The position numbers and the translations under genes were made by a program. A stretch of DNA of 57,375 bases, counting the filler, from Sphacelaria rigidula (taxonomy: Eukaryota): assembly GCA_964200075.2 (NCBI GenBank). It is 8 parts of 8 records of this genome, joined end to end, with 100 filler letters (N's around TTAATTAATTAA, not from the genome) between each part and the next. Parts side by side here need not be neighbours in the genome. Positions count along the whole stretch, not along the records: positions 35,924 to 43,007 come from CAXNAA020016572.1; positions 43,108 to 50,191 come from CAXNAA020016573.1; positions 50,292 to 57,375 come from CAXNAA020016574.1; 5 more parts are not named here. The stretch is one strand, 5' to 3'. Shown here piece by piece: positions 36,017 through 53,272 of the stretch (the stretch's first letter is position 1; every line of letters starts with the position of its first letter). The notes under the pieces are model-generated. The model worked only from the letters and a program-made list of their open reading frames with translations, ran no database searches and was not told where the DNA came from.

Positions 36017-38153
36017 CTGCGCTGGCCTTCCTCCTGTGTGACCCCGGCTGGTGCGCCCATATATACGGAAAGGTGCAGACTGGCGTCTAGAATAGATGGA
36101 ATGGCTCACACAGAGTCGGAAAGAAATATGTTAGGGACCAAGAACGGTCAATAACACCCCGTGTCAATTCAGCCCAAAAGTCGTTCAATATTGAGCGCAG
36201 ACACGATTTTTGTTCCGGAGTGTGGAGCGAATGCCTAGTATCTCCCGATCCCCAACCTTGTAATCAAACGTTCATTGGGATGAGCGGTGACACGCGAGAA
36301 AACTATTGAAAATCGCCGACCACGGGAATATTACAAAAATCCCCTTTTTCAGGTGAAACTACTGTGTAACCGGTGTCTGAGCACACTCGTCTTTTGTGAT
36401 GCATGCAGGAATTCACGAATTAGTTAAATCACTAAGCTTGATTGTACTGTTTGCTGTGTTTGTGACTTGCCGGGGGCTCCAGTGTTCATGACAGTCGTAC
36501 AAATATGCGCGCAGCTCGCGACGATAGATTGAGAGAAAAGGAGCGTTGAAATCTCTTTTCTGAAGCGGGACACTCTTTACTCATTAATATTCCAGTGCCC
36601 TAATTGTTCACGACATGTTCACACGCTCTAATATAGCACCACCACAGGCACTAGGACATGGAGATCTTCGTATAGGTAGGTACAGGTGTCTACATCTAGC
36701 TTCAGAGGAGACGACTTGGACTGGATTATCGGAAACACGTCAACTTTTCAACATTTGCCATCCTAGAAACCAAGACCTCGATAGCGATGATTACTGCGGG
36801 TTGCTGCGAACGCTGCGTCGCTGCGAAGACATATTGCGACGAACTAAAATACCTACATCACAGCCTAAGACATATACTTGAAGAACAGACGCAAATAGCG
36901 CCCTTTTACAGTACCAGAAACACGACGACGATACCGCTAATATACCATATTTTTGTAGCCACGGGCGGAGGGACTCCCTGTCCTCGAGCTGCCGTAACTC
37001 GGTAAGCCATGCATCTCTTTGCAAAACGCAGGCAGGTTTCTTACGTAGCCCCTCCATCTCCATGATTTCTCGCCACCACCATCCGTACACTGGAGAGCAG
37101 GCCAAGCGCGGAGCCTCTACATTACGTGGGTGGACTGAGGCGCATAGTGGTTTGCATGTGTTCGAGAGCTGTCGTGAGGAGCGAGGAGACCAGGCGCGAA
37201 GCGGGACGCCTTTTGATATCGTTACCGTCGAAGCGACACATATTTCCCCGCACTTCGGAGCATTATGTTATTCCTCCGCATATGCCCCAAAAAGATAGTC
37301 ATACCTCACAGAACACAGCCACTGCTCGGAAAACCCCCATCAAGTCCGGCTTACCTGCACCGCCGCCCGAATCTCCGTCTTGTGCAATCAGGGGAAGAAG
37401 TTACTGTGAGTGAATTTCTGATCAAACAAGTGTCGGGGTTCTGCCTGTATTGAAGACGCTGCAGTTATACTTTCAGCTGATAGAACTGACTGACTTGAGA
37501 TGGATGACGCAATCGGGGCCGCCTTTGTAGCGGACAAACGGCGATGAACTGTGGAGGAACCGATGCACTCTTCTTGCTGTACTGTCTGTAAGCTCTTGTT
37601 GTACTACTGCCTGTACTGTGCTGTAGCTACCCCCACGTATCGCACTGCTTGTATGTTGTCCTTTAAACTACCGTGAAAGCTCTCTGCAGGATATACCGAA
37701 GTGCGCACCAGTGTAACGCCGAAAGAAAAAAACAGGATTCGGAACAGAATCCGACATCGTTTCGCCCCGATACGCACGCACACATTACGCAACCCCAGAT
37801 TCAGCAACATGAGGGTGTTGCCTATGGTCTACATGGCATGCGGGCTGAGTTTCAGCGTGTAAAAGTGCTGACAGCGCGTGCACGACCGTGCGTCCTGAAG
37901 TGAGCACCTCTACAGCCAATAGGAGAAAGTGTACCGCACAGAATGTCATGATCCGGAATGTGTGCTAGTACAGATCGATTTTAGTTTGACGACGCAGAGG
38001 CTGCGTAGTATTTCATGACGCGGGAGTGAGCACACCCGCGTGTCAACATATGCATCCAGCGATGTCTCCCGCAGTCTGGGCTGCAGAGACGCCGTTTTGA
38101 GGGCGTATGGACGCCGTAAGCCAAAATCCGTGTTCGCTCTGTGCTTACTGCGC

Positions 38154-38193
<40 letters not shown>

Positions 38194-39133
38194 ACCCCGA
38201 CGCCGGATGCCGGGTGGGGCTGGTGGTAGCCGCGTTCACTCAGACGTTNNNNNNNNNNAAAACCCTGTTCCCTCTGTGGTTACTGCCCCCCCCCCCCCCC
38301 CCCCCCATCACTTGCCGCCGAACAGCGTATATGCTGTGTGTGTCGTGCTGTACCTCTGTGCCAAGTTTGAAGCCAGATAGTGTGGACACGGTGGAGAAAT
38401 TCACAAAGTAACGCTTGAAAAGTGGAAAATGCAGTACTTAGCCGTTGAAACATACATGAGGTGAACAAAGGGGTGATTTACCGCCGTCCTATTTGCACCC
38501 CTTTGTTCACCCGCCATCCAGTACGATGGGAACTAGTGCAGGGTCCGCAAACGCGTCGGGTGTTGGATGCGATAGCTCACCCTCCGATGGTTTCTCGTGC
38601 TAATGGTGTGTACAGCAAGAAGCATGTAATTCACTTTGAGTTACCCTTATCTGTGGGAGGTGAACCGTTTGTTTTTTGTTGGTGAGAACTTGCGCATCCC
38701 CTTTCATGGTAGGAATCAGCGACGGAACTGCGTAGTACGGTGGACAACCGAGTTGCGTGCACGCTCATGGACAGTGCATGCAGTGCAAAGCTGCACGTTG
38801 CTGGAGTCCTTTTCATGTCGCATTGTAAGCAGAGAGAACTGATGGTCCTGGGCTGTCTGCACTGCACGTTGCCCGCTTCTCTTCTATATCCTCCTGTACG
38901 AAACACGCACACACGCACTCAAGGCACTGCTTGCAAGCAGTGCAGATAGTACGGACTGTCTGTACTGTGTACGATTCACGAATTTCACTGTCTTTTTTCG
39001 ATCGAAAGCTTGAAAGTTCCCCTAGACCCAACTCGAGAAAAATGAGCGAATCTCGCTCAAATCGATTCCACCGCCCCATTTTTTCGATCGAAGGAAAAAG
39101 TGAGAAGAAACGCCCTTGTAAAAAATATGTAGA

Positions 39134-39285
39134 TGTCGAAAACGTGCAGTCGAATCGAATTCGCTCGTATCTGATACGTCCACGGCATTTATTTTCTCAG
39201 ATGGTTGAGAACATGATTGCCGCGGACGTATCAGGTATCAGGTACTGTACGAACAAAATCGATTCGACCGCGCGTTTTTGACACC
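39134..39285. repeat. imperfect inverted repeat (MITE remnant)
   Basis: GTCGAAAACGTGCAGTCGAATCGA..CTGATACGTCCACGGCA pairs with TGCCGCGGACGTATCAG..TCGATTCGACCGCGCGTTTTTGAC. Confidence 0.65.
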
Positions 39286-39416
39286 AGTTTTCGGGGGTAA
39301 GACACGGCCTCACTTTTACCTAGCTCGTGATCTCTCGGGATATAGGGCGTTCTAAACATTACATACTATTTCAAAATATTACAATTATTTCAATAAATCT
39401 AGACTTGGTAGCTTGG

Positions 39417-39651
39417 TTTTTGAGAGTTGCGCTTCGAAATTTAGCATGAAGAATCGCAAGGGCATAGTAACAATAACAGTCTGTGGGACATCGAGAATTT
39501 CTTTGAATGATTCAAGGACGTTTTCGTGAAAATGCATCTTCTGTTTTGCCCTTGACCCATGCAGAAAATAAATTCCTCAATGTCTCGCGATGCGTTTTTT
39601 TTTGTGCTCTAGCAATTCTTCGTACCAAATTTCGAAGCGTAACCCTCAAAA
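39417..39651. repeat. imperfect inverted repeat (MITE remnant)
   Basis: TTTTGAGAGTTGCGCTTCGAAATTTAGCATGAAGAATCGC pairs with GCAATTCTTCGTACCAAATTTCGAAGCGTAACCCTCAAAA. Confidence 0.7.
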
Positions 39652-40515
39652 GTGAGTCGCCGAACTGCCTGCAACTTACAGATCGGTCTCTAGGCTGGCC
39701 CAGCTCGTGAGGAAGAAATCATTCGCCAGTTCATGGGTTGTGCGTACAGCTCTATGACTGCTCTGGTATGGTTGGCACGGCACACGGTACCCCTCGTGGG
39801 TTGAAAATGGTCAACAATGTCATACGTCGGATGAATTGCCCGTTGACTTTGTTGTACCGCTTGATTTTGACGTCGGTTAGGTCATCCCTCGTTTCTCCAA
39901 ATCAGTTGTGTGGCTCGAGCTTACTCACCCCGTTTTTCCCAGTTGTTAATCGACCGGTTCTTACGGAAAAGGGGAAAATTGTTGGTTTCAAAAGTGCGCA
40001 AGAGAATGATCGCCTACGTTGATCCTTCGGCGTCGGTTTTCGCGTGAAGAAACGAGCTGGTGGATAACGTCACCCCCGCATGACTTGCTCCGCTGCGTGG
40101 GGGTATTCCGTATTTTGATTCGAGACGGATTGTACAGTACGATATTTTCTCGACCCGAAGCCAATCCAAAGTGGAAATTTTGACCGTTTTTTCACGCACC
40201 AAACGCCACCGAAGGATTACAATAGGCACTCCCGGTCAAAAACAGTTATATGACCCCATGAGAAGTGGTCTTAGTCTCATCACTTGAGTCAGCTCGTGCA
40301 GACTTTCCCGAGTTAGTCATGATGACTCGAGTCCGACTCGTCTGAATGTTTACGAATTAGTGATCTTACGAATGTCATGGCGAAAAAAACAACAGTTTTG
40401 TCGCCTTCCGTCATACTGCACCCATTGCCTTCCTCGGAACGAGCCCGTTTTTCGAGGAAACAACTCCTCTCTCGCTAGGCATCTGCCTGATACTGTGCTA
40501 TCGAGGATTAGGTAT

Positions 40516-41033
40516 GTAGTAGGCGCCTGAACTGTTCATTTGGTGATTTCTTCCTAATCGGCGGTTTTCTGAGGCTCTTTCGCCAACCACCGCTCATCAC
40601 ATTGGGGGTCTGAAGATACTAGTACCCGTTCCACATTCCATGAAAAAAATCGTCTGTTCTCAATATTGAGTGACTTACGGGCTGACCGGTCATCAAGGGT
40701 CCTGACACGTCTTAGCCCAGATTATGAGTCTTCGGTATTTTCGGTCGATCGAGCCTATCCGGATCGTGTTTGTGAAAAAAATGTGCAGGTTCGTGTTTTT
40801 GAAATTCTACCACCTCATTGCACTAGAGCCGAAAAGCTGTGTTTCGCGGTCATCAATACCCTCCTGATGAATGGGGTATCTACTCGTATCGCCCGGGAAA
40901 GAAACAACTAACACTAACTTGGGCACTGGGGAAGGGGGGGGAAAGGCACGACGATCTGTTCATTTTACGAAATCGAAGAGCAGTCGCGAGAAAAAACCTT
41001 TCTGAGCAATAAATAGTTCAGGCGCCCTACTAC
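40516..41033. mobile_element. short-TIR non-autonomous element (possibly hAT-like)
   Basis: GTAGTAGGCGCCTGAACTGTT ... AATAGTTCAGGCGCCCTACTAC; no convincing TSD. Confidence 0.5.
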
Positions 41034-43152
41034 TGTAAGCACTCCCTTACTCCGTCTACTTTCGTCGAATTTTCGTCGTTACTGACATCATCACGCTTCC
41101 AACGACAAAAACCAGATCTGCTCAGAAAGACCGTATCTCCCGAGGTTCAAACTCGTAACGTTTTCGTTCTAACTTGCGGGCGGTGTACCACTTTGCCACC
41201 TGCGCGTGGTGGGGTACTCCCATATATATTGCACCACATTGCCAAGAATGAGCAACAACCCACAAAAGTTATGAGATGAAGAAACGAAGTTCCACGTGCA
41301 TGCTTCTCTTGTGCTCTGCACTCTGAGAATGATTAGTTCTACAACACATCTACCGCCGGCACAACAGCATTACCCTTTCCCTTCAGCGCGGCGTGGAGTT
41401 GGTGGGGTGGTTACGCTGGTGTAAAGTCGGAGATCTGATGTACGATGACATGAGCGGCTGGCGGTTCGATTCTGAAACCCTTTCGTACATGAAAATCTCG
41501 AGGTCATTCTCTTGGAAGTGGTCTACTCACGCTTGCCCCCACTTTGGTGACACCCAATCTTCGGCAAAGCAAACATCGTGGACAATCATGAGGGCTCATG
41601 CGCGGTTTCGTGCGTGGTGTTCTCTGTAAATTGTTGACACCTACAAACGTCTCAAAAGTAGACGTTTTTCGGCGGAGGCGTGACGACAGGCGAAGTAGAG
41701 TGGATTCTCTACCGCAGATGAAGTAACTTACGCTTGTCCACAACTGTTTATTTACTCGGCAGTCACCGATCAATTCTCCCCCAGAGTGTGCTGTAGATCT
41801 GCTCGATCTTAGATCAGCAACGTCCTGTAATTTAATCTTGTTGAATTTTTTTCCTGCGGTTTCAGTATCTAACGAACAATAGTATATTTTTGCTCTAGTC
41901 ATTGGGGCTGGTTGTGGGTAGTCAGAAGACCCGCGCTGTCGATGCTGGTATAGTTACGCTGTACGCACGAGTAGTAGCCGCCCAAGAAGTAATGAAAAAA
42001 CGGATTGCGCGGTCTGGGCCCTACAGCTCCACACGTACTTTTATGGTAGACTTTCGAGTGACGCCGGGATAGCCCCTCCTCAAACCAGCCTAGAGCTCTT
42101 GCCTGGTCCGACAAAAACTCAGCGTGCTCTGCCCCGGCTTTGTGGGGACGTACCCGCTGTAGGACTGGTAATGACGCTGTTAAAACACGCCACTCACCAC
42201 GTAAGCTAGGGAACCAGGCTACCGTCTTATTTTTCGCTCATACGTTTTTTTTGCGGTAAGAATGATGATGTTCGAGCTAGATCGTATTGTGCGGGGTGGG
42301 AGAACCTCAATTCCGCGCACAGGGGATGATCATACTTGTTGTTGTGTTGTTGTCTTCACATTAAAAACCGGTTGTTGTGTTGTTGTCTTCACATTAAAAA
42401 CCGTTCCGATATCTGCGCGGTACATTCGTACTGTTCATCTAATGCGGACGCCTTCCGTGGTCACAGGCTAGCAAAATACCAAAAAAACAAAAAAGAGCTA
42501 AATTAAAACTCACGAAACGCGATACAAGCAAAACAGGGGTAAATTTCAATTTTCAACTTGGTTGTTGTCTCAGGCTATTCCAGATCCGGCATTAGATTTT
42601 TGTGTCAAAAAACTGTCTCGGTTTTCGTAACACTTTTTAAAAAAGAAGCAGAACTTTTCGAAAAACTGCTCAAAACGTGACCCCATTATTTGGAGTACAG
42701 GGTACTACACTGAACACAACGCAATTCTGCAGTGTTTTCTATTCGGAACCTGAAGGCGGACTGTATACAGTATGCATCAGCTGCTTTCTCTTGTTGCAGT
42801 AGTTACGTGTGGGAGACACACTCCACGTGCACAGCTCCCACAGAGAGATACGCACACCTATATCTCCCAGAACTTCGCCGAGTAAGCAAGCATGGACCCA
42901 TCGGCGGGTAGTACGTACCCAGCGCTGTCGAGCACAGTGGCCATCACTCGCAAGGTGCGCGGGTGTTGTCGCACGGTCGGAACGCGGACCGTCTACGATC
43001 AAGAGCANNNNNNNNNNNNNNNNNNNNNNNNNNNNNNNNNNNNNNNNNNNNTTAATTAATTAANNNNNNNNNNNNNNNNNNNNNNNNNNNNNNNNNNNNN
43101 NNNNNNNTAGGCCGACAAAAACGTCATTGGGCACCATCGCTGAAAGTGTGGG

Positions 43153-43230
43153 GGAAGCACTGTTTTAGGCTTGAGCCTCATCTCAAAGTTAAACCTCAAT
43201 CCGCACAATTTGTTGTTCAATGCTGTAACC
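43153..43230 (+). repeat. interspersed-repeat end shared by the starts of contigs 7 and 8 (second copy 50292-50370)
   Basis: AAGCACTGTTTTAGGCTTGAGCCTCATCTC(A/G)AAGTTAAACCTCAAT..CACAATTTGTTGTT at both positions. Confidence 0.85.
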
Positions 43231-44606
43231 GCGTCCTGAACTCTCCTTGCATTTGTTGAACACGACTGATCATTCAGTATGCCGCGCACAATATGACGCT
43301 GCGATAGAACAGCACCCGCTAACACCGCGCCCAGATTTTCGCTGACACAATAATGCCACGTTCTTGCTGGCCCGAGTTGGTTCCGAGTGTGCTGTCGTGC
43401 TTCGATCTCGCGTCGCAAGTCTCGTCGAGCATCATGTGTATATCTGTGTGTTCGTCATGTCCTGGCATTTCCGTGCATATTCTCATAATGACCGTGCGCT
43501 GAGCATTGCGCGCATCATCACGCTGCGAGGGAACACCACCCGCCAGCAACTCGTTATTTTTTCGCTAACACACGGGATTTGGCCACTTTTTTCGGCTGAG
43601 TCCAGTTTGTGTTGGTGTTTGCTGAACGAGCTACGTGCCAGCCGAAAAACGGACTTGAGCTATCATAGCCATATCTCATCGATGCAGACGAATAGGGTCT
43701 TGATCCACACATTTTGTTCGTCGTCTAACCAAGGGGTAGATGTCCATCTACTCAATAGCCCGGTCAAATGCTTTCTTGTTGATTTAACGATATGTCGTGT
43801 AAATCCTGTAACGTACTGAGGTATCTCGACACTATAATGAAGTCAATACGAGCACATACATGCCTTTCCGTTAGTGGGCCTTCCGCAGCTCAATCAACAA
43901 GAACACAGAAATTGGCCAATCTCGTCTTGTCTGTTTACAGGATACGGAGACGGGGCACGAGAGCAGCGAAACGAACCAGAGTTCTAATCGCTGCCTCGTG
44001 GGGGAGGGGTGAGTGAAATCCCTTCCCGTATCCCGTCTCCACCGTCCCCTCTCTCTCCGTATCAAGGCACACACCACCACTGCGTCATGTTTATTGCATT
44101 GAATTTGCATGTTATATTCAACACTGTACGGATCTGCACCGCATGATTCCTTTCGCAACTAGCAGCGTGTATGGTACGGCAAGCTGATTCATCATGCCCC
44201 GACGAACAGTCAGACAATGCTAATACCGTTGCCGTTAACCCCCTGACTGATGTAGTAAGACGGCTTCCACCGAGCGCTCATCGCGTCTAACTTCAACTAC
44301 TATTATCGTAGGCCCACGTGTTGAACTTGACTAGAAACGTCGCCGACAATTTATGTCTACGATGCGCTCACAGAGATTTTCAGGGCTCGCATGGTGCGCG
44401 GTGGTGAAGCGTCTAGGTCAGTTTGTAGCCGAACCCAGTTTGATCGTTGGGCGATCAGGCGCAGCCCGAAGCCAGGGCCCTATACGCGCTTCACGGCTCA
44501 ATAATCGCCACGTCTGGAACTTAAAGACGAAGTATATCGCCTTGCGTATCGCGCTATTGAGAGTAAAGTAACCTGCTTCTCTCCTCATTCCTCCAAACTG
44601 CACTCC

Positions 44607-45354
44607 CTATGCTTCGGGCCGCTCATCTTTCCCGTCCTCCAGCAGTCGTCCACTAACTTCTCCTGCCCTGCATTCAGTTGGATCTTTTCCGTTTTTTGTC
44701 GGCGTTCTGGTGCTCACGTCTTTAGTTTCGTTTCGATCCTTCAGCATCAGATCTTTCCGGTCGTTCATATGAATATCAACATCATTATCACTGTCGCCGA
44801 CGGTAAGAGCAGGCTGCGGTTGTCTCTTCTGCTGAGCCTCGATCTTCTTTTCCTCTTCCATTTGTCTCTGCTGCTCCAGCATCCGCATCTCTTCTTCCTG
44901 TCTCATCCAGCGGCGCACCGGGTTCGATGCTGTGAACACAGACCTGATCACCCTGTGCGTGCTGTTGTTGGTGCTACTGCTCGAAACCGATCGTCCATGG
45001 AGCCACGATATACTAGAGTACTGTGGAACGAATTTTGCTACTCTAGTGGATACTAATATGACCCTCGAAAAAGTTACCATGATACTGTGTAGCCTAGCGC
45101 ACGGCGTACAGTGGGCTCAAGCTGAAGTGCGGACAAAGTCCACTGTTGCCACATCAGCCTGATCACTCCATTTAACCCGCGGTCAACTTTGTGTCACGCC
45201 AGAACTCCAGAACATTAAGCATTGTCAACCGATTTCTCCTGTCATTAGGACAGCATTAGGTATAGAGGCTAAGCCATTCAGCTCAGGATAACCCTTTCAA
45301 GCACGGTGCGGGTTTTTCTAGGGATTGCTCACCATGGAAAATGGCTTTATTCAT
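44607..45354 (-). CDS. small two-exon coiled-coil/charged protein (about 114 aa), head-to-head with NDUFAF7
   Basis: ATG exon 45354-45333 (MNKAIFH+G, donor GTGAGC) joins in phase to 44929-44607 (ASNPVRRWMRQEEEMRMLEQQRQMEEEKKIEAQQKRQ..PEA-stop). No family recognised. Confidence 0.45.
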
Positions 45355-45467
45355 GCGGTATACTGTTATCTTGCTCGAGTCGGGCTATGAACTGGTGTTG
45401 TTCAGGTTCTCCTTCCTGCCGTGAGTCGTCTCTGTAGGGCGAAAATTGTGAGAGGCAGCTCTCTGGT

Positions 45468-49983
<4,516 letters not shown>

Positions 49984-50036
49984 GTAAGAGACAACGGGCC
50001 GAGAGACTGGGGGGGAGGTGTGTGTGTGTGTGTGTG

Positions 50037-50191
50037 CTCATTTGTTGCTTGCCTTCGTCATTTGATCATTGACCACACATGCTATTCGAAACGGAGTATC
50101 AAGAGACGGGGGGGGGGGCCAACTCATTTGTTGCTTGCCTTAGTAATTTGACCATTGACCCCGCATCCCTTTCGAGCCGGAGCAACTAGCG
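50037..50191 (+). repeat. about 86-bp tandem unit (2 copies) separated by a G-run; third copy at 96-175
   Basis: CTCATTTGTTGCT(T/C)GC(C/T)TT.GT..TTTGA.CA.TGACC occurs at 50037, 50123 and 96. Confidence 0.8.
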
Positions 50192-51167
50192 NNNNNNNNN
50201 NNNNNNNNNNNNNNNNNNNNNNNNNNNNNNNNNNNTTAATTAATTAANNNNNNNNNNNNNNNNNNNNNNNNNNNNNNNNNNNNNNNNNNNNGGAAAAGCA
50301 CTGTTTTAGGCTTGAGCCTCATCTCGAAGTTAAACCTCAATTCTCACAATTTGTTGTTAATGTTGTTATCAATCAGGGGATTGCGGGCCATTGTTATCTC
50401 CTTTCCTCTCGTTCACTGAGCACCTGGCCGTGAACACCTGACTGTGATCTGACCCGTGATGGGTGTGGAGCTGGCTAGACACGATTCGATGACGGCGGTA
50501 GGTGTACTGATAGTGAACAGCGGGTGATGATGGCATTATCATCGTGTCTGATTTTAAGCCAATAAAACGCACGTACATGTGTTGCCAGTTAAAGCTTTGG
50601 GCGATATATGCAAGTTGGCTGCTTGTACTGCGCTAGCGTATTTTTTCTCTCTCTGTACGATGCGGTGCAACCCTCCAGTGCAAGTTTTGGCATCTGCATT
50701 GCAGCGCCCATATATGCTCTCAGAAGCGTGATGCGCGTTCAACGATTAATGTGGACGAGAATAGATGGAGGGGTGCGGACTTCAGTAGCTGAAGTACGGC
50801 AAAAGTCTCTACAAGTTCTGCAACCGATGCGCTGTCATCCTCTCAAATGAATTTTTAAAAGTAACGAGAGTCGTCTCCGAGTGTGGATATTCAACGACTC
50901 AGTCGTCCGAGGCTTGCTCGTCGCACATGGAGCACACACGGAAAACGTGGTTCTCTTTTTCTTTATCTCGATTTGTCGATTTGTTGGCGCGGACTGACAC
51001 CCGTACCAGCCCCCAACAAGGAACAAACCATGAATATAGTCTGAGGTAAACCCTCTCATGGTTGAACAGTCGGGCAAATGTCTACTGCGAGAATTGCCGC
51101 GCATCGTGCCCATCTTCCGCACCTTCCTAAAGGCACACACGAACGAAAATTAAGGACTCCGCTGTGA

Positions 51168-51430
51168 CATTTTCTACGATAGCCCCCCCCCTTCCCCCCC
51201 CCCTCCCCAAACGTGGCTGGTTTGGGGATGCAAAATCTACATGTGAATCGAAATGAAGCAAGCCGGGGACAACGAGCAGATAAGAATTCCCACGCTTGGG
51301 TTCGTTTTTGCCAATGTCAGCCATATGAGACGCTTCATGCAGTGTGATACCAAACATTAGGCGCTGTACGACCATTTTCTTCGTGAGAGTTTTGGGCTGG
51401 TTTGAGGGGGGGGGCTATCGTAGAACGTTT
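51168..51430. repeat. short inverted-repeat element with C-run/G-run arms
   Basis: TTCTACGATAGCCCCCCCC..CCAAAC pairs with GTTTGAGGGGGGGGGCTATCGTAGAA. Confidence 0.5.
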
Positions 51431-51895
51431 CCTGTGTCAAGAGGTGTAGTGTCGAGGTCACAAAGCTCTGTATCTCCTTAAGTTTCGAGTGGCACTCGCA
51501 CCTCTCACTCAAACACGTATACGCACTGTACTCCTCTGCTACGTACATTGGGCTGTTTGTCGTTCACAGAGATTTTAACACCCCCCTTCGCATTGGCTTC
51601 GATCTCATACGACGAAACCTCCTCCTTACACCCGATCAAGCAGATATTGACCTTCTTTCACGAGAATCCGATGGATGCCATACGAATCTAGATCTAGATA
51701 TGTATTATTCTATTGTTCTACTTCATTCACGAACTCCCGTTCCCGCCTGCTGCCTCTCCATAGGAACCAGCTGACTTGCATGTCACTTGTCCGTGTATCC
51801 GGTTTCATCTGCGTATTCTAAAGTTTACGATGCTCCTCTCGTTTTCACCGCCATACCGAAACCCTCGACGCGATCGTCCATTCAAATGTGAACAG

Positions 51896-53240
51896 CTGGC
51901 ATGGGATATTTTCGTGGCGGTACTCATCGTCTACGGCTGCGTGAACATCCCGCTGCGCATTGGATTCGATCTAGACTCGACCATTGGACAGGTGGTCGTA
52001 GATGCGGTTATCGATGTGGTGTTTTTCGCCGACATGGTGCTGAGCTTCCGTACGGCGTATTTCGCTGGCGATGGGGACACGATCGTGGATCCCAGCGATA
52101 TTGCGTGGCGATATCTGAAAGGTCTGCCCAGTACAGTGCAGCACAATACAGCGCAGCGTGGCACAGGGGTCTCCCTCGAGATTAACTGTAACACATGTAT
52201 ATTTAGTGTAATACATGTGCATGAATCGGCCAACGTGTGTGATGTTTCTGTGTCCTCGTGTGGGCGAAAAAGTAATATGTGTGCACGCCGAAAACGCGTG
52301 ACGGGAAACATCCCTTGTCGCACGGATTGTATGTTTCGAGATCAGTGCTCTCGGGGCGTAACCTACGAGAACACGTGTGGAGTCCGTCTTTGCGATGGAC
52401 ATATTTCTTTCATCGATGAGCATGTGCTCGGTTGCGGTCCAAATGTCCAAATGAGCCAAGAACTACTGCGTCAAGACATCCGTTTCTTTCGCTAGGCATG
52501 GCCCAAGCACAACGCGGAACCTTGACGTATGCTTCCTGTGTATCAACAGGCGACTTTTTCTTAGATCTGTCCTCAACCGTACCCATCGATTTGGTGCTGC
52601 TGGCGACGGGGAATTCGGATGGGATCTTGCGCTCGACCAAGCTACTGCGAACCTTGAGGCTTTTGCGCTTGGCAAGGTTGCTCAAACTGTCGAAAGTACT
52701 TGATAAAAAGGACGACGACGTGGGAACCATGATGCACCCTAGCTTGTGGGCTCTGATAAAGATGCTGGTCATGCTGGCGTTCATCTCGCACATCATGGCC
52801 TGCACGTGGCACTGGCTGGCCACTCTCAGGTGATACCGCTCTGAAATATTCAACCTTTGTACATTAAAAAAGTACAGAAGCTTTTCAATTGGCGTATATT
52901 TTGCAAGGTTTACTTCGGCAATTTCTCCACGTGGGATGTACCGTACGGACACCACGGTAGTTGGCATCTGCTGCTTCTGCCATGATGAGTCGGAATTATC
53001 ATTACCATCCAAACCATTGCCGAACAAATGGAGCTCCCCGGGTCCCGTTCAAATGGTTACCGAGTGAACCCTGTCTCCCCATTCCCATCGAAGCAACTAC
53101 TGCGCAAAAACTGACGTTCCCGTGAATTCTCGTTACCATCCAATTAAATATCATGCAAATGTATTGCTACCGATTGCTGGACAGGAAAAAAACAAAATGA
53201 GCAGTCAGTAATATCACTTTCATTCAGTAGTAGGTCAGTG

Positions 53241-53272
<32 letters not shown>

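Noticed and set aside
37030-38120. Scattered exon-like segments with GTAAG donors in contig 6
   Set aside because: Could not be joined into a consistent reading frame or a recognisable protein.
42337-42403. 31-bp direct duplication TTGTTGTGTTGTTGTCTTCACATTAAAAACCG
   Set aside because: Simple local tandem duplication with no further structure.
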